Positions 1-14,796 of a stretch of DNA of 64,000 bases are shown here, one piece after another. The translations under genes and the position numbers were made by a program. Source of the DNA: Octopus vulgaris (Eukaryota); assembly GCA_951406725.2 (NCBI GenBank), contig OX597835.1, forward strand, positions 9,796,001 through 9,860,000, read 5' to 3'. The notes below the pieces were generated by a model. The model was not told the DNA's origin. It did no database searches and saw only the letters and a program-made list of their open reading frames with translations. Position 1 is the first letter of the stretch; each line of letters starts with the position of its first letter.

Positions 1-732
1 AAGAGGTAAATTATACGGAGGATGCGATGATTCTAATTTTAAGATTGCTTTGTGTTTGTTTATTTCTGAGAATTCACCTCGGTGTTGGACAGAGTTGTAA
101 TAATTAGAAGAGTTTGAGAAGATTTCAAGATTACATAATCTTAGTGAGATATAATCTTAGCTATTTTATTCTCGGTCTGATTGAAATGTTTGTGGATCTG
201 TTGTAAAACCTCTCTGGATTAACGTTAATACAACAAAGCACTGAGACACAGTGTGACATCTAATTAGTTAATATCAGTGAATTTAATCTCTCTTATAACG
301 AATCCAGTTTCTGTTAATTAAGAAACAGGCCTTTTCGAAATTTACTTGTTTGATGCCGGTTGAAGACGCATACGAAAACAAAAGTACCGTTTCCATTTAT
401 GTCAAACTATACTGATGAGAATTTTTATTTAAATTCCAACAGTACGACTGACCCGATTATGTCACTGACTTCAGCAGAATAATTTGCTCCCATCTGCTTA
501 AATTTTGCAAAAACGATGTGTTAATTCAATGAAAAAAATATAGATAAATTAAACTTACATATACACACACAAACACGCACACACACACGCACACATGCGC
601 ACACACACACACACAAACATATGTCAGTGTATGTGAGCGCTTGTTTATGAGGTGTGTGTGTATATATATGTATGTTTGTTTGTATGTATGTATTCGTGTA
701 TGTATGTATGTGTGTATGTATTATGTAAGTAT

Positions 733-1041
733 GTTGTTGTTTGTTCCTTCTCGAGCCATGCCTGGCTCATAAGGGCAGGTTTCCAGGTTTCTTGGCATAT
801 AGGTTCCCCACCTGGACGGGACGCCGCTCCGTCGCAGGTGAGCTGCAAGATGGAGGAGGAAAGAACGAGAGAAAGTTGTGGCGAAAGAGTCAGCAGAAGT
901 TCGCCATTACCTTCTGCCGGAGCCGCGTGAAGCTTAGGTATTTCGCTCATAAAAACACACACATCACCCGGTCTGAGATTCGAACACGCGATCCCTCGAC
1001 CGCGAGTCCGCTGCCCTAACCACTAGGCCATGTTCCTCCAC
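733..1041 (-). mobile_element. SINE family A (tRNA-derived head), alternative 3' tail
   Basis: Reverse complement starts GTGGAGGAACATGGCCTAGTGGTTAGGGCAGCGGACTCGCGGTC (A box, B-box-like GTTCGAATC), homologous to the heads at 29643, 38779 and 63999. The tail differs and ends in (AAC)n. Confidence 0.8.
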
Positions 1042-1764
1042 TATTATGTAAGTATCAGATTGTAGGCGTTCATATAGCTGATTGGTAAGAAGGTTCCTTT
1101 CGTAATTTTGATTTTGGTCAAACTGTGCGCAGTAGACTTTTGAGCAACTGCCTTCTACCACGTGACATCGAATTGACAAACCCCCAAAGACAGATGAAAA
1201 CTACATAGAATCCTATTTGATGGATTATATCTGTAATTGAAACGGCCTGCCTTGTCACAGAATCTGAAAAATTATATTAAGGCTAAACGTGTCTGTGGAA
1301 TAGATAGATTTTCACTGATGAAGCGGTTCAAAAGTGATTGAAGAATTGGAATTCGCCAAATCAAAACTGACAGAAAACTGCTTATCCATTATTAGCTGAT
1401 GTGTGTATGCTGTGTGTGTGTGTGTGTGTGTGCTGTGCGTGTGTGCAGGCATGTGTGTGTGTGTGGCTGTGTGCCTGTGTGTACGTATATACGTGCACAT
1501 GTGTATGTGTGTCCCTATGTGCCCATGCGTGTGTGTGTCTGTGCTTGTGTATGTGCACATGTGTTTGTGTGGGTGGGGGGGCTACGTGTGTGTGTGGGTA
1601 TGTGTGTGTGTGACGAATAAAAGCACCAACGACGAAAATTGACTGCTGTTTGCTTTGTAAATGCATTCCCTATTGATTTTGTTCTGCAACGAGTTAGGCA
1701 TACTCCCGTATCAGTCTGATGCTGTTATGAATGACCTGATTGATGCTAATGTACACGAACGACA

Positions 1765-1843
<79 letters not shown>

Positions 1844-2122
1844 TACACACACTCACACACACACACAAGCAGGTGCTGGCGTGACAAAGTAGTTACAAGC
1901 TTGTTCCCTGCCACAGGCTTCCAGTTTCAGTTACACTGCGTGCCACCTTGGTCAGCATAGAGCGGACCAAAGACGCCTAATAAGTCCGTATTGTGTGTGT
2001 AGTATAACCAGCCGAAATTGCAAAGATCATCTGGAACTCGACTGAGGAAAGAAAACTCCGAATGACCCATCCCTGTTTTCTTTGTATCGTCTATCTGGAT
2101 GTTTCGTGTTCTTTTCACATTT

Positions 2123-2165
<43 letters not shown>

Positions 2166-2171
<6 letters not shown>

Positions 2172-2372
2172 TAATAATAAATATTAGGGAATAAATCCAA
2201 ATTTACAGGGGAAAATCAGATTTAGGATTAAATCCAATTTTATAGTAAAATATTATATAATATAATTCGAGACAAAACCACTATTTTGCAAAACAAACAG
2301 GGAAAGACTTAATCAATACATAAAAATTTTTAATATAAAGAAATTGTTTTGCAAAATAGTGGTTTTGTCTCG

Positions 2373-2380
<8 letters not shown>
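2166..2380. repeat. Short (TA)n-embedded repeat with 37-bp perfect inverted repeat (probable Penelope-like fragment)
   Basis: ATATAATTCGAGACAAAACCACTATTTTGCAAAACAA (2260-2296) is inverted at 2344-2380. The same family occurs at 5845-5987 and 62028-62252. Confidence 0.7.
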
Positions 2381-2415
<35 letters not shown>

Positions 2416-2542
2416 CATACATACATACATACATACATACATTCATACATACATACATACATACATAAATACATACATACATACATACTTACATACACAC
2501 ATATATACACACACATACACACACAAACACACTCACATATAA

Positions 2543-2597
<55 letters not shown>

Positions 2598-3362
2598 TAT
2601 TCTAATATATGTTGAACGGTTTGACCGAACCTGACAAACCGGGGGGGGGGGGGGTTCAGCCCCGGTCGACTATTTCGGCTTACTTTGTACAGATGGAAGC
2701 CCTTCTTAACAGCAACCGTTCTACAGAATTTACTGGCTGCTTTTTACGTGACGTCGGCATTGGTGTTATTTGCGTGGCGATGGTACGGGCGCCTTTTACA
2801 CATATATACACATGCCGATGGGTGCGTGTGTCCTGGTGTCTTTTTGTCACCCGCTGCCCCTTGGCAACCGGTGTACGTGTGTTTATATCCCCATAACTTG
2901 GTGATTCGACAACATAACGATAGAATAAGTGTCAGACGCTAAGAAACAATAGTACTGAGGTGTATTTGTTTTACAAAACTGCTTCAAGGCGGTACCCTAG
3001 GGTGACCCCTGTCTAATGCCTGAAGCAACTAAAAGATAAAACACACACACACACACATCTATGCGCAGGCAATGCTATCCGTTTAGGGAATTCTCTCCAC
3101 AAGGAGGTTTGAGTTTCAATCCCGCTGCGTGACACACGGAGCAACAATCTTCTGCTATAGCATATGCTTAACCAATACTTTGCAAGTAGTTTTTGGATGG
3201 CTCGATGGATTGATGGATGGATCGATGGATTGATAGATCCATAGGTAAAGAGAGAAGGAAAGTGACAGAGAAAGACAGAGAGACACAGGCAGACAGACAG
3301 ACAGCCTGACAGGCAGGTAAATATAGAGAGGCGCAAAAAATACCCGTAGGGACATACACATT

Positions 3363-3453
<91 letters not shown>

Positions 3454-3498
3454 GGATGGATGGATGGATGGATGGATGGATGGATGGATGGATAGATG

Positions 3499-3543
<45 letters not shown>

Positions 3544-3544
3544 T

Positions 3545-3639
<95 letters not shown>

Positions 3640-4180
3640 TTCAGACAGATAGACAGACAGACAGCCAGACATACTGAATGGTCGAAAGGTTGATGGCAGT
3701 CGCCCACAACCTCGCGCTGCTCGCTTCTAACTCACAGAACCACAAAACATTGGAAACCAGAGTTACATCACGTTTCTGTGATTACTTAATTAATGGAGAG
3801 GAGACTTCGATAATCTAAGATAATTTTGATGTAATCACGTCCAAATATGGTATCAAGTATTACCAAGCAAAACAATTGCTTCGTTCAAGATCTGTGTCGG
3901 GGTTTTTTTTTTTTTTTGTGTGTGTGTGTGATTCTTTCGTGTTCTTTAAATGTATGTTACACTCTACAATACCACACACAAACACACACACACACACACA
4001 CACTAGTATATTATGCCAACTGTGTGTTATGGAAATGAACACAGTATCAATTACTGATCGGAATCAGGTGCCAAAGAAATGCTTTCAAACTCATAGTTAC
4101 TTAGCAACGCAAAATTCTTTGATATATTTGTAGCTCTAATTGCTTGTACAGGAAACACAGTAAAAGATTAACGGTACGCG

Positions 4181-4912
4181 CATTCAAGGTTCCGTGGTAA
4201 GACGCTTGCTTCGCAATGACATGGTGCCCGGTTCAGATCCACTGCGAGGCGCCTTCAGCAAGTGGAGGCGTAATGGCCCAGTTGTTAGGGCAGCGGACTC
4301 GCGGTTTCGATTCCCAGACCGGACATTGTGTGTGTTTATTGAGCGAAAACACTCAAAGCTCCACGATGCTTCGACAAGGGGTGGTGGCGACCCCTGTTGT
4401 ACTCTTTCGCTCCAACTTTCTCTCACTCTTTCTTCCTGTTTCTTGTCCCCGACTTCCTACTCAACCGTTGAGCCTGGATGCACATTCATCCATCTGTCGA
4501 TGCTCTCGGTGTCGGGGGTTGACCTGATTTCTCTTCTGCGGGTCTTACGAATAGCAAAGGACCACGTTTCGGACTTCTCCCACTCTGAGACGAAGACCGC
4601 TTCGCTCAACAAACAAACAAACAAGCACCTTCATCAACTGCCTTCTGCGATGACCTCGGCCGATTTAGTAGACGGAACCTAAATGAATCCCATATATATG
4701 TATGTGTATGTGCGCGCACGTGTGTTTGTGGTGTGCTTGTCGCTTCACCACCACTTGACAACCGGTACTGGTGTGTTTATGTCCTCGTAAACTAGCGGTT
4801 CGGTAAAACGGAGCGATAGAATTAGTGCGGGATCGATTTGCTTCGCTTAAGTTCTTCAAGACGGAGCCCTAGCAAGTCTGGTGTCTAATGAGTGAAACAA
4901 GTAAAAGATAAA
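4181..4912 (+). mobile_element. Old SINE B copy interrupted by a SINE A copy (4262-~4620)
   Basis: Degenerate B head (GTGGTAAGACGCTTGCTT...CCACTGCGAGGC) stops at 4261. An A head GTGGAGGCGTAATGGCCCAG starts at 4262. The B body resumes near 4622 (TTTAGTAGACGGAAC...GAAACAAGTAAAAG). Confidence 0.7.
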
Positions 4913-4944
4913 AGGTAATATATATACACACCTATATATATATA

Positions 4945-5002
<58 letters not shown>

Positions 5003-5061
5003 TGTATGTATGTATGTATGTATGTATGTATGTATGTATGTATGTATGTATGTATGTATAT

Positions 5062-5342
5062 ATAGTCAATCCAAACATGAACAAGCAAGAAAAAACAACA
5101 ACGCGAGGACGTGGAATAAGTACAGTGTTATTGGATGCTCAGGAATGGAAAGAAAAGAAAGAGGATTTCGCGTTTCGAGCGGAGCTCTTCGTCAGAAATA
5201 TAGAAAAAGTCCAAAGAAGGGAACACGGAGAAAGAACGTCGCCAACGATACACACACGGTCACATATTGAAATATATATATATAGACATGTAAATATATA
5301 CATTTATACATATACATGTATACATATATATATATATACATA

Positions 5343-5399
<57 letters not shown>

Positions 5400-5595
5400 C
5401 TGGAAGGTTTGCGAAAATAAACAAAAGACAAAGGCAGGTGGAGTACAAACAAACAAATGTATTAGTATGGCGCTCAGGAATAGATATAGAACAAGTCTTT
5501 TACGTTTCGAGCCTACGCTCTTCGACAGAAAAATACACAGAAAAAAAAACAAGGAGAGAAAAAAATGGGTGTAGGAGTTAACGATCTATCATGGT
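5062..5595 (-). mobile_element. Two Penelope-like LTR-type fragments in (TA)n/(TATG)n, each with a degenerate hammerhead-like motif
   Basis: Minus strand: CTGACGA-A-GAGC-TCC-GCTC-GAAACGCG (5169-5195) and CTGTCGA-A-GAGC-GTAG-GCTC-GAAACGTA (5501-5528). 5062-5118 is homologous, inverted, to 63170-63235. Confidence 0.5.
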
Positions 5596-5601
5596 GTTAT
5601 A

Positions 5602-5639
<38 letters not shown>

Positions 5640-5798
5640 CTACAAAATAAGAAAATGGAGAAATACATTTTTTTGTGTGTATTTTTCTGTATGTATTTTA
5701 TTAACATTTATGTATTAACTTTGTTGGGTACTTCACTAGCGGTAGATTGGATATATGTTATCCCATGGAGGGTTGCATTTACAACCCCTATCTCAATT

Positions 5799-5844
<46 letters not shown>

Positions 5845-5849
<5 letters not shown>

Positions 5850-5987
5850 ATAAATATTAGGGAATAAATCCAAATTTACAGGGAAAAAATCAGATTTAGG
5901 ATTAAATCCAATTTTATAGTAAAATATTATAAAATATTATTAGAGACAAAACCACTATTTTGCAAAACAAACAAGGAAAGACTTAAT
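5845..5987. repeat. Second copy of the 2166-2380 repeat family
   Basis: AATATTAGGGAATAAATCCAAATTTACAGGG...GAGACAAAACCACTATTTTGCAAAAC is nearly identical to 2175-2312 and is flanked by (TA)n. Confidence 0.8.
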
Positions 5988-6279
5988 ATATATATATATA
6001 TATATATATGTACATATATATATATACACACACATACAAATATATAAATATAAATATATATACATATATATATATGTGTGTGTGTGTGTGTATATATATA
6101 CAGACATACATGTGTGCGTGTGTGTGTTGCTCGGTCCAGCTCGCAGGGAAGCGCTAGCCATGCAACTTATTTACATTATTTAACTTTCGTTCATAATTGG
6201 TTGGGTCCAGATTTCTCATATTTCTTCGTTTATCTGTTGTTTTTTTTTTGTTTGTTTTGTTTTTTTGGGGAGGAGGGGG

Positions 6280-6509
6280 CTTCAGTCATTGGATCGCGAC
6301 CATGCTGGAGCTCTGCCTTCAAAGGATTTTACTCGAACGAATCGACGCCAGTATTCATTGATGACTATTCTTTTTTTCTTAAGGCTGGTACCGCTAAGTT
6401 ACGGGGACGTAAATAAACTGGCACCGGTTGTCAAGCGAGACGAAAGATAAACACAAATAAAAGCGCACACACACACACATCTGCGTACAGACACACACAC
6501 ACACACACA

Positions 6510-6552
<43 letters not shown>

Positions 6553-6575
6553 TCATATATACATATATGCATAAA

Positions 6576-6619
<44 letters not shown>

Positions 6620-6836
6620 CCATAACCATATATAAGCACATACACACACATACACACATATCAACATATACATATATAAGGGCTTCTTTCAGTTTCCGTC
6701 TAGCGAATCCACACAGAAATCTTTGGTCGGCGCAAGGCTGTGGTAGAAAACACTTGCTCAAGGTACTGCGCAACGGGACTGAACTTGGAACCATGTGGTT
6801 CTGGATGAGAAAAATTCTGAACCACCCAGCCACGCC
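6280..6836 (-). mobile_element. SINE family B (tRNA head, CORE-like segment, internal TA/TG microsatellite)
   Basis: Contains GGCTTCTTTCAGTTTCCGTC...GGAACCATGTGG and tail CATGCTGGAGC...TTACGGGGACGTAAA, matching the reverse complement of 16640-17082. Confidence 0.75.
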
Positions 6837-6982
6837 TGTCGTTTAACGAAATACGAAAGTGACCATCACGTTTGAATATTTCAGTAACTGAGGAAATCAA
6901 TAAGAGCCAACACTACCACCTGCACCACCACTACCACCACCACCACAAACAACAACAACAACAGCAATAACCACAACAATAG

Positions 6983-7013
<31 letters not shown>

Positions 7014-7389
7014 CGGCGAAATCAACAAAACCAGTTACGAGAAAGAAATAAAACCCAAGGCGGGAGCATTTCGCCGCCACATCATTCAGTTTGCTAGAAA
7101 TAGCAGCTAAACTTGAGGTGTGTTTGATTGCAATTCGAGGCTGGTTTGGTCTCAAACTGCGATTGTAAGCTAAATGGAAAGCGACATTCAGGAATGTAAC
7201 CATAGTTACACGTTAAAGTAGGGAATAGCCACGGCTGGACCGCCGGATAATGGTCATTTGGTCGATTCTGGGCCAAAACAACAACGAAATGACACCATCT
7301 GCGTGTGTATGTAGGTGCCTAGACTCTTTTAAATAATTCTGAAGTTAGGTGTGCGCTTGTGTGTGTGTATGCGTGTGTGTATGTGTTTC

Positions 7390-7449
<60 letters not shown>

Positions 7450-7523
7450 AATGCATTTGTGTGCATGTGTTGATGTAGGCATGGCTGATGGCAGATGAGG
7501 GAGACAAATAAACAGATCGATAG

Positions 7524-7575
<52 letters not shown>

Positions 7576-7761
7576 TGGGATAGAAAGAGAAAGAGAGAGA
7601 GAGATGGATAGATAGACAGATAGGCAAATAGATAGGTCCTTCTATTCACATACACTCACAGCCATTATCTGCGAACGATAGTCAGAGGCTTACACAGAGA
7701 GAGAGAGAGAGACGGAGAGACAGACAGACAGAGTGATAGGTAGATAGATCGATAAACAGAA

Positions 7762-7828
<67 letters not shown>

Positions 7829-8014
7829 GGGATAGGTAGATAGAACGATAGACAGAAAGATAGAGAGAGAGAGAGAAAGAGAGATGTAAATTTTTACTCT
7901 TTAAGGATTTTGTGTAGTTGACGTAAACACACACACACACACATTCACGCACACACAGACACACACACGCACACACACACACACACACACGCACAACACG
8001 CACACACAGACACA

Positions 8015-8049
<35 letters not shown>

Positions 8050-8388
8050 TCGCACGAGCGCGTGCTTGCGTTCATATATTAATGGAACTAGCAGTTGAAA
8101 TATCCATATTTATAAACGAGAGACAAATTCAACACATGAACGTGTGGACGGACGGATGGACGGATGGACGGATGGACAGAAGGAAGGAAGGAAGGATGGA
8201 TGGATGGATGGATGGACGGATGGACGGACGGTTGGCCAGTATGGCTATTATGGATAGAACTGGCAGAGGATGGAATGCAGGAAGAAGGGACCAAGTGCGC
8301 TTCCAAAACATTCACAAGAGTCACCAACGACGATGCTGATGTTGTTTATATCAACAGAATTGTGGAGATTTTTACGGAATCAAGGAAC

Positions 8389-8433
<45 letters not shown>

Positions 8434-8470
8434 GGTGGGTGTGTGCACACTCGCTCAGTTGTCTGTAGGG

Positions 8471-8502
<32 letters not shown>

Positions 8503-8614
8503 TGTACACGCGCGGACACCCATGGATTTCTGAATGCGTGTTAAATGCAATGTGTTCGCTGTGTGAACCAATTTTTTTTAGGCGTTTTGTAATAGTGATC
8601 ATCGTGTTGTTGTC

Positions 8615-8995
8615 ATGGTTGTTGGTGGCTGCAGCAGTGGTAGTGGCGGTGGTGGTGATGGTGCTGGTGGTGCTGGTGGTGTGCTGGTGGTGCTGGTGGA
8701 GGAGGTGGTGGTGGTGGTGGTGGAGGTGGTGGTGGAGGTGGTGGAGGTGGTGGTGGTGATGGTGGTGCTGGTGGTGGTGGTGGTGGTGCTGGTGCTGGTG
8801 CTGGTGTTGGTGGCCGTGGTTCTAATTCTGAGGTTGATGGTGGCGTTGGGGAATGATGATGATGGTGTGGTGATGGTGATGATGGCGACGACGCAAGAGG
8901 TGGTGAAGCTTGCGGTGGCGGCGGTAGTGGTGATGGTGGTGGTGGTGATGGTGGTGGTGGTAGTGATATTGGTAATGTTCGTAGTAGTAGTAGTT

Positions 8996-9054
<59 letters not shown>

Positions 9055-9093
9055 GGTGGTGGTGGTAGTAGTAGTGGTGGTGGTGGTGGTGGT
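8615..9093. repeat. Compound (GGT)n/(GTA)n trinucleotide microsatellite
   Basis: Visible directly. It accounts for the poly-V and poly-H ORFs. Confidence 0.95.
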
Positions 9094-9464
9094 ACAGCTG
9101 TTCTTCCTTATTGTTGGTAAAGACAGTTTCTATCAGACAGAAATAGCACAGAAGGGAAAATTGATGACAAAACTGGCCGCGTTGAGTGAGTGTATATGTG
9201 TGTGCGTGTGTGTGTGTGTGTGTGAGTGTGTGAGTGTGTGTGTGTGTGTGTGTGCATGTATGTAAAAAGTTAGACAGACATGTTTGTGTAATTGCAGTTG
9301 TCTCCATGTGTATGTATGTAGATAGACAGACAGACAGAAAGGCAGACTGACAGACAGAAAGATAGACAGACAGACAGAAAGGCAGACTGACAAACAGACA
9401 GATAGACAGACAGACAGACAGACAGACAGGCAGATTGATAGATAGATAGATAGATAGATAGTTT

Positions 9465-9614
<150 letters not shown>

Positions 9615-9920
9615 CAGATAGATAAATAAATAGACAGACAGACAGACAGATAGAGAGGTAGGTAGATACATTGATGTGTGTTAGTGACAGGGTGACGAGC
9701 GCTTTTCATTTTGCGCTTCACACATCTGGCGTAACGTGTGTATGTTTATATGCCAATGTGTGTGTGTGTGTGCGAAGGTGTCACTTTTTGCCTCTATACA
9801 CACAAACAACACTCAGGGCACACACGTGAGCGTATATACATGTGTGTATGTCTTTGTATATATGCACGTATGATTATATGTGTGTGTGTATGTATGACGT
9901 GTGTATCTATGTGTGTGTGT

Positions 9921-9967
<47 letters not shown>

Positions 9968-10306
9968 ATTGTACGTATGTAGTATATTTTTATTGTGTCA
10001 CAATATGTGTATTTTATACGGTGTGGTTATTTATATCTGCCTTCCATGTGTGTTGTGTACATGCATGTTTGTGCACATGTGTGTGTGCGTGTCTGTGTTC
10101 GTGTATGCGTGTATGCTTGTGTGTCTGTACGTATGGTTGTGTGTGTGTGTCCCCGTGTGTTTGCGCGTGTCCCCTTGCGTGTGCGTAAAAAAAGATGTCC
10201 TTAGATTTTGCCGTACATGTGTATATGTACATTCGAGAGTTTAGTAGTGCGTGGGCATGTTGATATTTTCATTAAGAAATAGTCGTAACAACTCTGTCTA
10301 TCTCTG

Positions 10307-10385
<79 letters not shown>

Positions 10386-10611
10386 AATAATAAAAGGGTA
10401 AAACTAATTAATTATTAATTAATTTTACCAAGTAGTGTTCAGTATGTAAAAAAATACCATTTACGGTATATTTAAAACATTACGTTATATAATTAGGGTT
10501 CAGTAAAAAAATTTTACTTTACCACACACCGAACTTTTTAGAAATAGCAGCCAAAAATTTTAGCTATTTCTTCTACCGTAAGAAAAATCTCCCAGACAAT
10601 GCATACTCAAA

Positions 10612-10750
<139 letters not shown>

Positions 10751-10985
10751 AGTGTGTGTGTGTGTGTGTGTGTACTTTGTACAATATGCTTCATAAACAA
10801 ATAGACGCAATCAGACGGTTAAATCAATGTATACATATTTTCATATTTTTTGTTTGTTTTTCAGGTGGGTTTTGGTCAAATTTTGATTTTACCTGCGACT
10901 GTGCAGGGATAAAAACGCGTTTATGCACATTGTGTCAACGCACCTGTTCTTGTGTTTACATCGACTACACACGCACGCACACACA

Positions 10986-11020
<35 letters not shown>

Positions 11021-11065
11021 TCGAGCGTCTGTGTAAATAAATAAATATATATATAAATATAAGAA

Positions 11066-11112
<47 letters not shown>

Positions 11113-11256
11113 AAAAAGATGAGAACGAAGAGAGAGGAGAGTTAGAGAGACAGATTGTGATAAAGATATAGAAATATATAGATACGGCTATCAAGATATA
11201 TATATATAATTATACGTATAACATTTATATATATATATATCATATACACATACAGT

Positions 11257-11335
<79 letters not shown>

Positions 11336-11398
11336 CAAGGTAGATAAATAGATAGAGAGATAGAGAGATAAATAGATGTCGAAATTCACACACACACT

Positions 11399-11452
<54 letters not shown>

Positions 11453-11941
11453 GGAGATCACTCTTTCCTTAACAGAGAAATGCTATAGAAATTATAAAAA
11501 TCTAAAGAAAAGAATCGAATCGAGGTTGAATTCGTCCTTACAAAAGACTGGTACCGTTAGCCACCGAAACGAACCATATGCAACGGTACTACGTATTGTT
11601 CCATTATATACATACACCCATGAGTGTGTGTGCATAAATATACATGCATATACAGTCATAGATATAAATATACATACATATACAGACGTGGATATATCGA
11701 TAGATAGATAGATCGAGCGAAACAGAGAAATAAACAGCGGAGATCGTTTTTGTATTATCACGAATATTATTATTATCAACCGGTTATTTTTATCAAAATT
11801 TCATGTCGGTCTCTTCTCTTCATTCGATTACTATCGTCAAACGGTTATTGTTATCGGAAAGGCTTTCTTTCAGAGTGGTCACAATAACCAGCTTTGCTAT
11901 ATATATATACATATATGTGTGTGTGTGTGTATATATATATA

Positions 11942-12006
<65 letters not shown>

Positions 12007-12942
12007 TTATGGAGTGTGTTTGTATATGCATGCGTGTGGGTGTTTGTTTGTGTGTGTGTATCTGTGTGTGTGTGTGTGTCTGTGTGTGTATGTGTGTGTG
12101 TGTGTGTATATATAGTAAAATGAACGGACTACTGGCACACAAACTATCTTTGGTCACCCTTATTTTTTTTTTGTTTAATGTTGTTGTTATTTCAAACGCT
12201 TTTAATGTCTTTTATGCTTCTTCTTCTTGCTATTGCTATTGTTGTTGTTGTTGTTGTTGTTCTGTTGTTGTTGCTGTTGTTGTTGTCTTTGCTGTTGATT
12301 ACGGCAACACGAATGAAATCGTGGCGGTGTCTGTGGCTCACTGATGGCGATGAGGCCAGCGGGGGGCGTGGGGTGGGGTGGATAAGTTGGGGTGCGGGTA
12401 TTGTGGGGGGGGTGTTAAATGCAGGTGGTTGTATTTGTGGTGGTGGCGGCGGCGGTGATGGTGGTGATGATGGTAGTGCTGGCGGCGGCGGCGGTAACGG
12501 TGGCGGTGGCGGTGGTGGTGGTGGTGGTGGTGGTGTTGAGGGTAGGTGTGAGTTTTTCCTTGTTGCGATTAATATCATTGTGTTGTTGTTGTTGGTGTTG
12601 TTGTTGTTGTTGTTGCTGTTTTTGTTAAGGTGTACAAAGGGATGGCGGTGGGGACGAGGTCGGTGGCGACGGCGGCGGCGGTGTTGGCGGCGGTTGCGGT
12701 GTTGGCGGTGTTGGCGGCGGCGGCGGTGGCGGCGGCGGGTATGAATGATTGGAAACGGTGGAGGCGGTGGCGGCGGCGGCGGTGGTGTGGTGTTGTTGTC
12801 GATTTTTTTGGGAATCCCTTGTTTTTTTGGGTTTTTTTTTTGGTACCTTGTTATTTTTTAAGCAAACATTATAAAAGGAAGGAAAGGCTTACGCGGTGGA
12901 CGTAGCCGTCGTTAGAAATGAATAGGAAAAAAAAATTCTTAC

Positions 12943-13130
12943 CTGTTGCTTGAAGAGAACGGACTTTTAAACATTGATGCTTTACTGAGTGTAATGTAAC
13001 GATCGTAGTGTTGTTGTTGTGGTGGTAATAGTAGTGGTGGTGGTGGTGGTGGTGGTGGTGGTAGTGGTGGTGGTGGTAGTGTGGCTTGTGGTGATACTGT
13101 GTTAGTGCTGATATTGTGGTGGTGATCGCG
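12943..13130 (-). other. Possible first exon of an unidentified gene
   Basis: Strong donor CAG|GTAAGA at 12943/12942. An ATG at 12974 gives MFKSPFSSSN(R). Adjacent 12300-12910 is CpG/(GGC)n-rich. No recognisable protein; the 5' boundary is a guess. Confidence 0.25.
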
Positions 13131-13173
13131 GATAATAACGGTACTACAAGTAGTAGTAGTGGTAGTAGTAGTA

Positions 13174-13235
<62 letters not shown>

Positions 13236-13416
13236 AGTGGTGGTGGTAGTGGTGGTGGTGGTTGTGGTTACGCTACAGTAGTTAAAAGAAATGGCTGGAA
13301 GAGAGAGGGGGGAGGTGAATGGAGAGGAAGAGGGAGAGGGAGAGGGAGAGAGAGATGGATGGATGAAGCGTGTGAGGGGAGAGAGTAATAGTGTGAGGAA
13401 GAGGGGAAAGACAAAT

Positions 13417-13447
<31 letters not shown>

Positions 13448-14204
13448 AGTAGTGAGAGCAAGAAGAGTAAGGAGAGAGAGAGAGAGAATAAGAACGAAAC
13501 GAGAGCGATTGTGTGCGCGCGTCCTTGCGTGTGTGTGTGTGTGCGAACGAGCTGTTTTTTGCGTGTGTGTGTGTGTGTATGCGAACGAGCTGTTTTTTGC
13601 GTGTGTGTGTGTGTGTGTGTGTGTACGTGTGTGTGTGTGTGCGTGCGTACGTGTATGTGTGTGCGTGTGTGTGTATGTGTATGAGTGAGTCTGCAAGAAT
13701 ACAAGAGAATAATATGGATTGGAATACGATACAAACACACACACACGCACACACACACACACGCACACACACACACGCACGCACACACACGCACACACAC
13801 ACACACACGCACACACACACACACGCACACACACACGCACACACACACACAAAGGCGACCTCGCATGCATGTACATACATATACACTTATGAACATATAT
13901 AGGCATACACGCACCTGCACACACACACACACTCATATACACATATACACACACACTCATATACACATATATACACACACACACACATATACTTCTATAT
14001 GTGTGCGTATATGTACATACTTACATGCAAACATATGTACATACATGCGTACTTACATGCATACACACACACATACATCCATAGTCAGAGAGAGAGAGGG
14101 GGGGAGAAAAAAGCGTGGACTCGGAGTATAACATGAAAAAGGAGGAGTCATGGGGAGTGGGAGGAGGATAGGGAGTAACAAGTTGTATAGACTGAGCAAC
14201 ATAG

Positions 14205-14276
<72 letters not shown>

Positions 14277-14605
14277 ACACACGCGAGCATACATAGATAT
14301 ATATATATATATATACATAGATACATACATAAGTATGAGCCGAGAATGAGAGAGAAAGAGAGAGAGGAATAAAAAGGTGGGGTGGTGGAACTTAGTGATG
14401 GGGATTGGGATAAATATAAGAGAGAGGGAGAGGGGGAGAGAGAGGGGGATAATGAGAGTGGAAGGGATTCGGAGATGAGAATGGAAAGGATTGAGAATAA
14501 TTCGAAGGTTGAAGATATTGGTAAACTCTTTGACTATAAGAGAGAGAGAGACAGAGAGAGAGAAAGAGAGAGAGAGAGGAAGAGAGGAAGAAAGATGGGG
14601 AACTG

Positions 14606-14643
<38 letters not shown>

Positions 14644-14753
14644 CAGACGGGGTATGGTAATTTTGGGAGGAGAGGCGAGGGCAGATGAAGAGTTATAAAG
14701 AATAATGTGTGGGTGGGAATCGGGAATAAAGGGAATGATTACGAATATATGAT

Positions 14754-14796
<43 letters not shown>

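Noticed and set aside
28-107. Signal-peptide-like ORF MILILRLLCVCLFLRIHLGVGQSCNN
   Set aside because: It stops after 26 codons, with no supported continuation.
405-446. CTGATGA followed by a GAATTT/AAATTC stem, as a possible hammerhead
   Set aside because: GAAA is missing (CAAC instead) and there is no stem I.
12192-12578. Poly-proline ORF
   Set aside because: It derives from CCA/CCG repeats downstream of a donor site and has no recognisable domain.
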